Assembly (NCBI GenBank): GCA_012798535.1
Contig: JAAZMZ010000017.1
Location: 7,698 to 71,697 of the forward strand
From: Leptolinea sp.
GTDB taxonomy: Bacteria > Chloroflexota > Anaerolineae > Anaerolineales > Anaerolineaceae
Direction: 5' to 3'
DNA: 64,000 nt
Shown here: positions 1-9,671 of the stretch, piece by piece
Layout of the letters: each line of letters opens with the position of its first letter
Numbering within the stretch: the stretch's first letter is position 1
Made by a program: the position numbers and the translations under genes
Notes under the pieces: model-generated
Database searches by the model: none
Told to the model about the DNA's origin: nothing
The model's input: only the letters and a program-made list of their open reading frames with translations

Positions 1-34
1 CAATCAGAACAACCAGATCAATTTTCTTGTTCAT
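1..34 (-). CDS. 5' fragment of a gene running off the window (MNKKIDLVVLI...)
   Basis: ATG at 34-32 overlaps the TGA of the 31..819 gene (ATGA coupling); open to the window edge. Confidence 0.45.
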   Translation of the reverse strand, partial: MNKKIDLVVLI

Positions 35-819
35 TCGTGCAATCTGTTTTGCTGGTATAACCTCTGCCAACTATTCCTCTGTAGCCCCACCTGAATATAC
101 CCCCATACGGTTTTCAGTTTTTTCATTTTACTCTTGCCAATGCGTTTATTCGAATCCAGCACCATGGGAACTTCGGAGATCATCGAATTCCGGAAAACCA
201 GTTTCATGGTCAGCTCGATCATACATTCGAAACCTTTTGAGGCAATGATCCGCTTTCCATAGATTTTTTGCAGAGCCTGGATCACCTCCGCTTTATACAG
301 GCGGAAGAAAGAACTGACGGTGAAAATTCCAGGGATACCCAAAAATTCACGGACATAGGTATTGGCCATGAAACTGAAGAAGCGCCGGAAAAAATCGGTG
401 TTTGTGAATCCCCCACCATACATATAAGGGCTGGCAAAGATCACCTCATACCCTTCCCCGGTGCGCTGGAACATCTGATTGAGCAGATCAATGTTGGAGG
501 TGTTATCACCTTCCATGGTACAAACCCAGTCTCCGGGTTTGAGCCTTTCGCTCAGATATTCGAAAGCCGATCCAAATGCATATCCCGGCCCCTGATTGAT
601 CTCATGCCGCACAATACTTGTTTCGAGATCATGGCAGTTGGCCGCAATCGCCTTTACGGTGTCATCGATACTCCCATCATCCACAAAGATGATATGCGTC
701 CGGTATCGATCTTGAAATGAAGCTGTTGTCGCGCGCAGGGATTCACTCAATCTCGGAAGATTGGGTGCCTCATTGAGAACAGGGATTACCAGATAGAGTG
801 TCGAAAGAGATTTATCCAT
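31..819 (-). CDS. GT2 glycosyltransferase, polyprenyl-phosphate (DPM1-like)
   Basis: VIPVLNE, VDDGSID, NQGPGYA, MEGD, RIGKSKM motifs. Confidence 0.9.
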   Translation of the reverse strand: MDKSLSTLYLVIPVLNEAPNLPRLSESLRATTASFQDRYRTHIIFVDDGSIDDTVKAIAANCHDLETSIVRHEINQGPGYAFGSAFEYLSERLKPGDWVCTMEGDNTSNIDLLNQMFQRTGEGYEVIFASPYMYGGGFTNTDFFRRFFSFMANTYVREFLGIPGIFTVSSFFRLYKAEVIQALQKIYGKRIIASKGFECMIELTMKLVFRNSMISEVPMVLDSNKRIGKSKMKKLKTVWGYIQVGLQRNSWQRLYQQNRLHE

Positions 820-1819
820 AATGGATATTCAAGTCAGGTGTGGGAATGTTCAACGCTTTGCGGCGTTGAATTTGCCACAGGATGGTTTTTTTCAAACCGG
901 TTTCCAAATCCACTTTCGGTTGAAATCCGATCAGGTCACGGGCGCGGCTGATATCCGGAATGCGGCGATTCACATCCTCATAGTTGCCGAAGTTGGTGTA
1001 TGGTATCAACTTGATCTTCGGTTTTTCATCTTTCCTGACCAGTGACCAGATCAATTCAGCCAGACCGAGAATGGAGATCTCTTTTGTGGCTCCCAGATTG
1101 AGGGCGAGGTTGTTCACCTCTGGATGTTGGATGAGACCCAGCAGGCCGTCCACGTGGTCGCTGATAAATGTGAAGGAACGGGTTTGCTGGCCGGTTCCGT
1201 GCACTTCGATTTCTGTGTCATCCAGCGCGCAGTTGATAAACACGGATTGCGGCCCACCCCACCAGGTTAAATTCTGATTCGGGCCGTAACCGCCGAAGAA
1301 CCGGACGGCTACAAAGTCCAGCCCGAAACGGTCGTGGTAGGCAAATAGCAGTTGCTCTTCGAACATCTTGGAGATGGCGTACGCCCAGCGTTTTACTGTG
1401 GGATTGCCGACCATAAGATCAGAAAGCTCATTGAAGGGAACCGAGGGATTTTTTCCATAGACATCCGAGGTCGAAGCGGCTATGACTCGAGCGCCGGTTT
1501 GACGGGCTGCTTCAAACACATTTTCTGACCCGGTGGAATTGATCAACAGGGTATCCAGCGCGTCGCTGTAGCGGGGGATCTTGTAAGCGGCAAGATGAAC
1601 GATCACCTGGCAGCCCTCCGCTGCCCTGGTCATCTCTTCTTTGTCTTTGATATCGATCTTTCGCAGGGTGAATGCCGGATTCTCCTCGAAACTCGACAGA
1701 TTCAACGGGTGTCCCTGAGACATGTTATCAACACCGACAACATCATAACCTTCGTCGATTAGTCTTGAAGCAAGATTTGAACCGATAAATCCTGCCACAC
1801 CCGTGATCAAAATCTTCAT
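812..1819 (-). CDS. NAD-dependent nucleotide-sugar epimerase/dehydratase (extended SDR)
   Basis: TGVAGFIG Rossmann motif, STSDVYG, YAISK (YxxxK), GQQTRSFTFI. Confidence 0.92.
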   Translation of the reverse strand: MKILITGVAGFIGSNLASRLIDEGYDVVGVDNMSQGHPLNLSSFEENPAFTLRKIDIKDKEEMTRAAEGCQVIVHLAAYKIPRYSDALDTLLINSTGSENVFEAARQTGARVIAASTSDVYGKNPSVPFNELSDLMVGNPTVKRWAYAISKMFEEQLLFAYHDRFGLDFVAVRFFGGYGPNQNLTWWGGPQSVFINCALDDTEIEVHGTGQQTRSFTFISDHVDGLLGLIQHPEVNNLALNLGATKEISILGLAELIWSLVRKDEKPKIKLIPYTNFGNYEDVNRRIPDISRARDLIGFQPKVDLETGLKKTILWQIQRRKALNIPTPDLNIHYG

Positions 1820-1859
1820 ACGTCAACCTTCAATGGATAGATTCTATACCCTGTGGAAA

Positions 1860-2921
1860 TTAAAGAAAATTCTGGATCGCCCGGACAATCTTGCCAGCAG
1901 CCATTCCGTCGCCATAGACAAACGGCCTGGGACCCGCGGGATGGAAAGAGAGAAATTGGCCGATTATCTTCTCGGGATCGTCATCGACCAGTATATTCCA
2001 ACCGGCGCTGACCGTCTCCACCCATTCAGTTTCTTCGCGCAGGGTCAGACAGCGCACGCCCGCCCAGTAGGCTTCCTTCTGGATTCCTCCGGAATCTGTG
2101 AGGATGCAACCGGCAGATTGCTCCAGTTTCACCATATCCAGATACCCGACCGGTGCGATTACGGAAACATTCTCCGCGGGTTTCCAGCCAATCCTACGAA
2201 TGGCAGCCTGCGTTCTTGGATGGATCGGGAAGATCACCCTGTCATTCAGGCCATTCACTGCATTTAATATGTTGGCAAGGCGCTTCGGGTCATCCGTGTT
2301 TTCCGCTCGATGCAGTGTGAGCAGGCAAAATTTTCTCGGCGATATATCCAAACGGGAAAACAGCGTATCATCTTTCCCGACAGCATCTCCCATCAATCGG
2401 AAAGAATCGAACATTACGTCACCCACCAGGTGAACATTTTTATCGATTCCTTCGGTTGACAGGTTGGCAACAGCCTGTTCGCTCGGGCAAAACAAAAGAG
2501 AGGATAGATGATCGGTAACAATGCGGTTGATCTCTTCAGGCATAGCCCGGTTATACGAACGTAGTCCGGCTTCCACATGCGCCACCGGTACCTGGCATTT
2601 CGCGGCCGCAAGAGAACCGGCCAGCGTGGAGTTCGTATCGCCGTAAACCAGAACCAGATCGGGGTGAACTGAATCAATGGCTTTTTCGATCCCTATCAGC
2701 ATCCCGGCGGTTTGCGTGCCGTGGCTGCCGCTTCCCACACCCAGGTTAATATCCGGTTCACGCAAACCTAGCTCACGAAAGAAAATCCCGGACATGGATT
2801 CGTCATAATGTTGCCCGGTATGTAAAATAACTTCTTCATATTTATGAAGAAGTTCTTTTGATACAATTACCGCCTTGATGAATTGTGGACGAGCCCCAAT
2901 CACAGATAATATCTTTTTCAA
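1860..2921 (-). CDS. wecB: Non-hydrolysing UDP-GlcNAc 2-epimerase (WecB/WbpI-like)
   Basis: GARPQFIK, HTGQHYD, GDTNSTLAG, HVEAGLRS, TDSGGIQKEA; TTG start at 2921 preferred over 2978. Confidence 0.92.
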   Translation of the reverse strand: MKKILSVIGARPQFIKAVIVSKELLHKYEEVILHTGQHYDESMSGIFFRELGLREPDINLGVGSGSHGTQTAGMLIGIEKAIDSVHPDLVLVYGDTNSTLAGSLAAAKCQVPVAHVEAGLRSYNRAMPEEINRIVTDHLSSLLFCPSEQAVANLSTEGIDKNVHLVGDVMFDSFRLMGDAVGKDDTLFSRLDISPRKFCLLTLHRAENTDDPKRLANILNAVNGLNDRVIFPIHPRTQAAIRRIGWKPAENVSVIAPVGYLDMVKLEQSAGCILTDSGGIQKEAYWAGVRCLTLREETEWVETVSAGWNILVDDDPEKIIGQFLSFHPAGPRPFVYGDGMAAGKIVRAIQNFL

Positions 2922-2978
2922 TTTTCTCTCGATGAGCGAAAAAATTATATCATGACAAAAAAGGAAGCCCAAGCACAT

Positions 2979-5468
2979 ATGCCCAAACGACTGTTAGTCA
3001 TTATTCCAGATCGCCTTGGAGATCTGGTAAAAAAAGGTGAGATCACCGAACGTTACTACAATCCGGGCAATGTGTTCGATGAAATCCTGATCGTCAAGAC
3101 GATCGAAGATAATGTCGATATCAAGCTTGTGCAAAAGATGGCGGGAAAGGCTCATCTCCAGATGGTTGACCTGCCCATGCCCACTTTTACCCAGTCCCTT
3201 GGATACCAGCCCTGGCTGTTGAGACATTGGGTCAACCGGGGAATCGAACTGGCGAGACAGTACAATCCACAATTAATCCGGGCACATTCCAACTTTTCCG
3301 CTGGATACCTGGCCTCAAAGATCAAACTTGACTTGAATGTTCCTCTCATCGTTTCCATTCATACCCAGCCGGATACCGATTATCGAGGATTGACAAAGTG
3401 GTGGCCGGATTGGAAAACCCGTCTGGTTTATGAAAGATACAAGGTTTTCGAAAATTTGACCAATCGCACGGCCGATTGGATCCTGCCTGTCTATGATTCC
3501 GGGATGGAATACTGCAAGAAGCACAATGTCCGGAGGGCTGTCACCTGTTACAACGCCCTGAATCCCACCTACATCCTGCCAAAAGAAGACTACGAGCTTC
3601 ACTCTCCGATCCGCATTCTGTGCGTGAACCGGATGATCGCCTGTAAAAATCCTGATATGATCATCCGGGCGATGAAATATGTCCCCAATGCCGAATTGAC
3701 CATTGTGGGACAGGGTGAACTGGCGGATTATGAAAAACAGGTGGCAGTTGAATCCGGTGTGGCTGACCGCATTCACTTTATCCCCTCCATACCGAATGAC
3801 GACCTCTGCCAGATGTATAAGGACTACGACATCTACTCGTCACATGTCGAAGCCTGGGGGATTGGGAAATCGACCATCGAAGCGCTGCTGGTTGGATTAC
3901 CGGTGGTGCTTAACCTGCGGGAAAGCGGCGCCCAGCCAATTGAATACACACCGGATATCATCCAATTGGTTCCCAATACGCCGGAGGATTTCGCCAGGGC
4001 TTTCAACACCCTGATCGCGAATCGTGCCGAACGGGAAAAACTCGGACGCAACGCTCGCCTTATCGCCGAACAAAAATGGTCACCTCAGAAAGCCGAATCA
4101 CATTTTGTTGAAATCTATCAGCAAGCCCTGGATGAAGCCCGGACAGCCGAGACCTTTAGCCTGACCCCATCCATGCAGGGTATGGATGCCGCCCGGAATT
4201 TGAGAATCTTCAAGAGTGTGGATGTTAAAGAAAAGTCCAAACGCTTGCTGGTCGTCATTCCAGATCGTCTGGAAGATCTTGTGGTGAAAGGTGAGATCAC
4301 AGAGCGTTATTACAATCCAGGCAATCTATTCAATGAAATCCTGCTGCTGAAAACAATCGGTGATAATGTCGATCCCAAACTGGTGCAGAAGATGGCCGGG
4401 AAAGCCCACCTTCAAATGATCGACCTGCCCATGCCCACATTCACTCAGTCGTTGGGATACCAGCCCTGGCTGCTGGAGAAATGGGTAAAACAGGGTATTG
4501 ATATTGCCACCCAATTCAATCCACATCTGATCAGAGCGCACTCAAACTTTTCCTCCGGATACCTGGCATCCAAAATCAAGCTGGCTCTGGATGTTCCCCT
4601 GGTCGTCTCACTGCATACCCAACCGGATGTGGATCTGCGTATGTATACCCACTGGTGGCCGAACTGGAAGAACCGGCTGGTTTACGAGCGGTACAAGGTA
4701 TTCGAGAACCTGACCAACCAGACGGCTGACTGGTTCCTTCCAGCCTATGATTCTGGGATGGAATACTGCAAAAAACACCACATCAAGCGGGCAATTACCT
4801 GCTACAACGTGCTTAATCCCACCAGTATCCACCCCAAACAGAATTATCAACTACATTCGCCGGTCAAGATCCTGTGTGTCAACCGCCTGATCCCCTGGAA
4901 GAATCCGGACATGATCATCAGAGCCATGAAATTACTGCCCAATGCCGAGCTGACCATCGTCGGTCAGGGTGAACTGGCGGAGTACGAAAAGCAGGTGGCA
5001 CTGGAAGCCGGCGTGGAAGACCGCATCCATTTCATTCCATCCATACCGAATGATGATCTTTGCCGAATGTACAAGGACTTTGATATTTATTCCTCGCATA
5101 TCGAATGGTGGGGTATCGGGAAATCGACCATCGAAGCATTCCTCACCGGGCTTCCTGTAGTCTTGAACCAGAGAGATATTGGACCGGATCCGGTGGAATA
5201 CACTCCCGATATTGTCTGGCTGGTGCCAAACACAGCAGAGGCCTTTGCGGAAGCCTTTACAAAGTTGATCGAAAATTCTTCCGAACGGGAAAAATTGGGA
5301 CGCAACGCTCGGAAAAACGCGGAAGAAAGATGGCTTCCCCGAAAAACGGAAAATCGATTCGTGGAGATTTATCACAGAGCGCTTCAGGAAACCTACAATG
5401 TGGATTTGTCCGAATGGCAGCCTGATTTTCGCAGCTTGAAAGAAATCAATGCGAAAGAAGTAATCTAA
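2979..5468 (+). CDS. GT4 glycosyltransferase made of two tandem GT-B modules
   Basis: Two near-identical halves (KRLLV.IPDRL...WGIGKSTIEA...REKLGRNAR); AAGGAAG RBS before ATG 2979. Confidence 0.88.
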   Translation: MPKRLLVIIPDRLGDLVKKGEITERYYNPGNVFDEILIVKTIEDNVDIKLVQKMAGKAHLQMVDLPMPTFTQSLGYQPWLLRHWVNRGIELARQYNPQLIRAHSNFSAGYLASKIKLDLNVPLIVSIHTQPDTDYRGLTKWWPDWKTRLVYERYKVFENLTNRTADWILPVYDSGMEYCKKHNVRRAVTCYNALNPTYILPKEDYELHSPIRILCVNRMIACKNPDMIIRAMKYVPNAELTIVGQGELADYEKQVAVESGVADRIHFIPSIPNDDLCQMYKDYDIYSSHVEAWGIGKSTIEALLVGLPVVLNLRESGAQPIEYTPDIIQLVPNTPEDFARAFNTLIANRAEREKLGRNARLIAEQKWSPQKAESHFVEIYQQALDEARTAETFSLTPSMQGMDAARNLRIFKSVDVKEKSKRLLVVIPDRLEDLVVKGEITERYYNPGNLFNEILLLKTIGDNVDPKLVQKMAGKAHLQMIDLPMPTFTQSLGYQPWLLEKWVKQGIDIATQFNPHLIRAHSNFSSGYLASKIKLALDVPLVVSLHTQPDVDLRMYTHWWPNWKNRLVYERYKVFENLTNQTADWFLPAYDSGMEYCKKHHIKRAITCYNVLNPTSIHPKQNYQLHSPVKILCVNRLIPWKNPDMIIRAMKLLPNAELTIVGQGELAEYEKQVALEAGVEDRIHFIPSIPNDDLCRMYKDFDIYSSHIEWWGIGKSTIEAFLTGLPVVLNQRDIGPDPVEYTPDIVWLVPNTAEAFAEAFTKLIENSSEREKLGRNARKNAEERWLPRKTENRFVEIYHRALQETYNVDLSEWQPDFRSLKEINAKEVI
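2982..5390 (+). repeat. Intragenic direct duplication, ~1.15 kb units offset by 1254 nt
   Basis: gagatcaccgaacgttactacaatccg at 3039 vs gagatcacagagcgttattacaatcca at 4293; similarity continues throughout. Confidence 0.9.
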
Positions 5469-6361
5469 TGGATTTCAGTGGAACTGACCTGAAAACCAGG
5501 GTCATCGACAGATTTGGCAGAACTTTCCCGCGCAAGATCTGGATGGATTACAGCCGCCAGGCTGTGAGACAGGGTTTTGACCGCCTGTATCTTCTACTCT
5601 CCTTTGATTGTGATACACCGGATGACGCTTTGGCGGCTGAAATACTGGACGCGGCACTTCATCAGCATGGGATTCAACGATCGTATGCTGTTCCGGGAAG
5701 CATGCTCGAAATCAATCCATCGATCTATAAAAAGATCGCTGCCAGCGGTGCCGAATTTTTAAATCACGGGTATTTGCCGCATACTCAACTACAGGATGGA
5801 GTGTACCGTTCCACCACATTCTACGCCGCCATGGGAAGTGGAGAAGTTGTGCAGGATATTCAGAAGGGGCATCAACTTATTACTACCCTGATCGGGAAGA
5901 AACCCGCCGGATTTCGCGCGCCTCATTTCGGGAAGATTCCTCTGAACATGCAGAAAGAAATTATCCGTCCGGTACTGCACGACCTGGGTGAGTATTATTC
6001 CACTCAAACCACCCCATTGGATGCCATGAAATATGGCCCGGTCTGGTGGGAAAACAACTGGCCTGAATTTCCTCTTTCCGGTTCAACCTCTGCACCCTAC
6101 TCCATTCTGGATTCATTCAGCTACCTGAAGAACCCGGCCGAACGGAAAGTAACCCCGCGCTATTCCACCATATTGAAACATACTATCTGGCAATTGCAGG
6201 ATTGGCGGATTTGTGGTTTGTTGAATATCTATGTAGACCCATCACATGTGATAGATGATCCGGGCTTCATGGAAGCCATCCGCATGGTCTGCGATCTGGG
6301 TATCTCCTCGTTGACCTACACCCAGTCGCTGGAAATTTGTGCTCAGGAACCTGCGGAATGA
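5468..6361 (+). CDS. Polysaccharide deacetylase (NodB/CE4-like)
   Basis: LSFDCD, NHGYLPH, GFRAPHF motifs. Confidence 0.8.
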   Translation: MDFSGTDLKTRVIDRFGRTFPRKIWMDYSRQAVRQGFDRLYLLLSFDCDTPDDALAAEILDAALHQHGIQRSYAVPGSMLEINPSIYKKIAASGAEFLNHGYLPHTQLQDGVYRSTTFYAAMGSGEVVQDIQKGHQLITTLIGKKPAGFRAPHFGKIPLNMQKEIIRPVLHDLGEYYSTQTTPLDAMKYGPVWWENNWPEFPLSGSTSAPYSILDSFSYLKNPAERKVTPRYSTILKHTIWQLQDWRICGLLNIYVDPSHVIDDPGFMEAIRMVCDLGISSLTYTQSLEICAQEPAE

Positions 6362-7602
6362 AACGTCTGCTGACGCTTTCCTGGTGTATGCCCCCCCTCG
6401 TCATGCCCCGCTCGATCCAGGTTTCCCGCCTGCTGGCTTCGCTGGCCGAGTTTAACTGGAAATCCGATGTGGTATGTGTTGATCCAGATTCGCTGCGGCT
6501 AAAAAGCTACATTCTGGATAACTCGCTGGATCGGCCGGCCGGTGGAAAGGTCAGAAAGTTTCCCGTCCCAACCCTGGAAGACTGGATTGTGGTGCGTGGA
6601 TTGATTCGCCTGTTTCCCGCCCTGGGAATCCTTCCGGATTCGAAGTGGGTGTGGAAGAACGCCGCTTTCCGAAAATGTGACTCACTGACTTCCAGAGAGA
6701 AATATGACGCTTTTATCAGTTTCGGGCAACCCTGGACGGATCATCTTGTGGGATTGCAGCTCAAACAGCAGAGCGGACTGCCCTGGGTAGCACATTTCAG
6801 TGATCCCTGGGCTGACAGCCCGTATGTCCGATCCACTTCGTGGGTAATGAAACAGCGCTTCATGATGGAATCCTCGGTGATCGAACAGGCGGATGCCGTG
6901 GTCTTTGTCTCCCGTGAGACGGCTGACCTGGTAATGAAAAAATATCCGGACACCTGGCGCAAGAAGACACACGTTATTCCACACGGATTTGAACCTGAGG
7001 TTTCTTCCACGCAGATTGAAAACAAACCGGCTGCCGAACCACTCGAGTTCCACTACTCCGGTAATTTTTACGGCCTGCGAACGCCCGAAAATCTGTTCAA
7101 AGCCGCTGCCCGGCTGGCAGCTGATCCGCACTACCGATCAGCATTCCGAATCCGCTTTGCCGGGAACATTTCGCCAGCCCATCAGAAGATGGCAGAAGAA
7201 CTGCAATTGACCGAGATTATCCGGTTTGAAGGCGCCGTTCCCTTTTTACAAAGCCAGGAATTTTGCCGGCGGGCAGATGTATTACTGGTAATCGACGCAC
7301 CTTCCAGTTCACCCAGCGTCTTCCTGCCCAGCAAACTGGTGGATTACCTGGCATTCAATAAACCTATCCTGGGGATCACTCCCCTGTCAGGTAGTTCGGC
7401 GGAATTGATCAGCAGACTGGATTGCCCGGTGGTCGATCCGCTGGATATCGATGGTATCGCCCGCGCGATAGCCGCTCTGATAGATGCCCACCGAAATGGA
7501 TCTCTGGGTATTTCCAACACCTTCGAACAAACTGCCGCGGATTATCGGATATCAAATTCAGCGAAGCAACTGGACGCGCTGTTGGCATCCCTGATCGCCT
7601 GA
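6358..7602 (+). CDS. GT4-type glycosyltransferase
   Basis: WVAHFSDPW, VIPHGFE, YSGNFYGLR, PSKLVDYL; ATG 6358 overlaps the upstream TGA. Confidence 0.85.
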   Translation: MKRLLTLSWCMPPLVMPRSIQVSRLLASLAEFNWKSDVVCVDPDSLRLKSYILDNSLDRPAGGKVRKFPVPTLEDWIVVRGLIRLFPALGILPDSKWVWKNAAFRKCDSLTSREKYDAFISFGQPWTDHLVGLQLKQQSGLPWVAHFSDPWADSPYVRSTSWVMKQRFMMESSVIEQADAVVFVSRETADLVMKKYPDTWRKKTHVIPHGFEPEVSSTQIENKPAAEPLEFHYSGNFYGLRTPENLFKAAARLAADPHYRSAFRIRFAGNISPAHQKMAEELQLTEIIRFEGAVPFLQSQEFCRRADVLLVIDAPSSSPSVFLPSKLVDYLAFNKPILGITPLSGSSAELISRLDCPVVDPLDIDGIARAIAALIDAHRNGSLGISNTFEQTAADYRISNSAKQLDALLASLIA

Positions 7603-7607
7603 AGGCC

Positions 7608-9671
7608 TCACTCACATTGAAGTTCGGTACGTATTTTTTCTATCCATTTACCCGCCTGAGCACCGGATTTTTCAGCCGCGGTTTCGAGCCGCTTCCAATC
7701 TGCACACAGCGTTTTCCCCATATTTTCAGTCAATTCATTCGCCTTGACTGATACTTTGTAGGCTTCTTCCCAATCGCCATTTTGCGCCAATCCTTCGATG
7801 AATGGCTCATATTCCATACCGACGGCGGGAGACAGACCTTTCTCCTCCGCCTGATCCTTCAGAGAAGCAATCTCCGCCCAATCACCGAACTGGCGGGCCA
7901 GGTCGGCTTTTTCATAGTAATAACACCAGTTGTGTTCCGGTTCAGGACCAAAGATACTTTCAGGTGATATCCGGGGATCGGGATTCTCTCTGAGGATTTG
8001 TTCCAGATTGGAGATTTGTGCCAGTCTGGCTTCAGAAGAGGATATCAGAGGAGAAAATTCATCTTCCGGCCGTAGAATCCGCACACAGGCCTGACCGGCT
8101 TTGTAATTTGGAACAATCCCATTCGAAGTGGAACCGGTGAATTTCAAATTACGGATCGTGTAACTGACCGGCAGTCCCGGAATGAAATCGGGAATGTCAT
8201 TTCCATACGCGCGCATGGAACTGAAGAACCAGTAGGGAATATGCTGCGCAGTCATATCCGGTGCGTAGATCGAATTTATGGCATAACTTACCGAATAATC
8301 ACCAATCAAGCCAAAGGGCATTTTTGTGCCAAATAACGCAGTTCCGGGTTTCATGGCCGGAACACGCCAGAAGAACTGCCAGTAGTAATCCCGCTGGATA
8401 TCCCAATTCAACCGGTAGCGGTTGACCGTGCGTATCTGGGTGGAAATCGCCAGAGCCATCAACAGTCCCAACACAACCGTCTTCTGGAGACGCCTGTACC
8501 CGAGCAACGAAATCAGCGTAACCAGGATCATCGCAATACCGATCATCGGTCCGAGGGTGAAACGGTCAGACCACTGTCCGACAATGACCTGGCGCTCTGT
8601 GATCCATACCGGCAGCCCGCCGGCCAGCACTGATATACCGCCCAGGAAAAGCCAGTCTCTCACAAACCGTTTTTTCTCTTTCGGTTCGGGTTCAATTTCT
8701 TCTTTCTCCCGTGAAAGTACAATCCCCGCTGAAATGGCGGCAAAGGCTCCCATCACCCACCCGAACCAGACCGCCTTGGAAGCCAGATCGATCTCATCCG
8801 CTTCGATGGTGTTCGTCCAGATAAAGACCAGCATATACAGGCAGTCTTGAATCACATTCTGGATGAGGTGCAGAACCATTCCCGCCGGATCCTGCCTCAG
8901 GAGAGTCATGTTGACAACGCCATTGGGATCTTCGGTTCCCGGAACAGTCTGGAAGATCAAAAAACGCCAGGTAAAGAAACCGATCAACGGGATCAGATAG
9001 GGAATCCACCACTGGAGGGTCTTCCAGAAGGCTCTGCTTTTCTTCGGGAAGGTATCGCGAATCAGCACCCAGATCAACACCGGGCGGATGATCTCCAGCC
9101 CCACAAAATATTCGATGGTCATCATCTGCGCAAAAGAGCAGATCGCCGCCAGCAAAGTAAGCCATCCGTATCGGCGGGGATAACGGAAAGAGAGTGTGGT
9201 GAGAACCAGCGAAAGGGAGAAAAGCGCCAGGGCGATAAAATGCCGGCTGTATGTCACGGCGATGGTTTGCTGAAAGAAACCCGGGAAAACGGCCAGCAGT
9301 AGAACCAGCCAGCCGGTTTCATAACAACGTTTGGGCCAGACCTGACAGAGCGTCCACCACAAACCTAGCAGGGAGAGATACCGCAGCAGCAGGTTGAAGA
9401 TTTGCCACTTGAGGGGATCATCCCCCAGTAGCGGGAAGAAGGCCAGATACACCCATACGGTGGTCGGGCGGTCATACATGAAGTATTTCAAGAATTCAAC
9501 CGGTGAATTTAACCGGTAGAGAAAAATATCTTCCCAGTCATCCCAGTAAAAGCCTAGCAAATTGATCTGCAGACCGTACGCGAAGACCATGCAGATGCCC
9601 AGCATTACCGGGAACACCCAGGGTTTGCGCAGCCAGTCGTTCAGACGGTCAGAAAGAGAACGCGGATTCAA
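7608..9671 (-). CDS. Polytopic GT-C-like membrane glycosyltransferase with C-terminal extracytoplasmic/TPR-like domain
   Basis: GFYWDDW after TM1, DRP, ~10 hydrophobic segments; TTG 9671 overlaps the upstream TGA. Confidence 0.7.
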   Translation of the reverse strand: MNPRSLSDRLNDWLRKPWVFPVMLGICMVFAYGLQINLLGFYWDDWEDIFLYRLNSPVEFLKYFMYDRPTTVWVYLAFFPLLGDDPLKWQIFNLLLRYLSLLGLWWTLCQVWPKRCYETGWLVLLLAVFPGFFQQTIAVTYSRHFIALALFSLSLVLTTLSFRYPRRYGWLTLLAAICSFAQMMTIEYFVGLEIIRPVLIWVLIRDTFPKKSRAFWKTLQWWIPYLIPLIGFFTWRFLIFQTVPGTEDPNGVVNMTLLRQDPAGMVLHLIQNVIQDCLYMLVFIWTNTIEADEIDLASKAVWFGWVMGAFAAISAGIVLSREKEEIEPEPKEKKRFVRDWLFLGGISVLAGGLPVWITERQVIVGQWSDRFTLGPMIGIAMILVTLISLLGYRRLQKTVVLGLLMALAISTQIRTVNRYRLNWDIQRDYYWQFFWRVPAMKPGTALFGTKMPFGLIGDYSVSYAINSIYAPDMTAQHIPYWFFSSMRAYGNDIPDFIPGLPVSYTIRNLKFTGSTSNGIVPNYKAGQACVRILRPEDEFSPLISSSEARLAQISNLEQILRENPDPRISPESIFGPEPEHNWCYYYEKADLARQFGDWAEIASLKDQAEEKGLSPAVGMEYEPFIEGLAQNGDWEEAYKVSVKANELTENMGKTLCADWKRLETAAEKSGAQAGKWIEKIRTELQCE

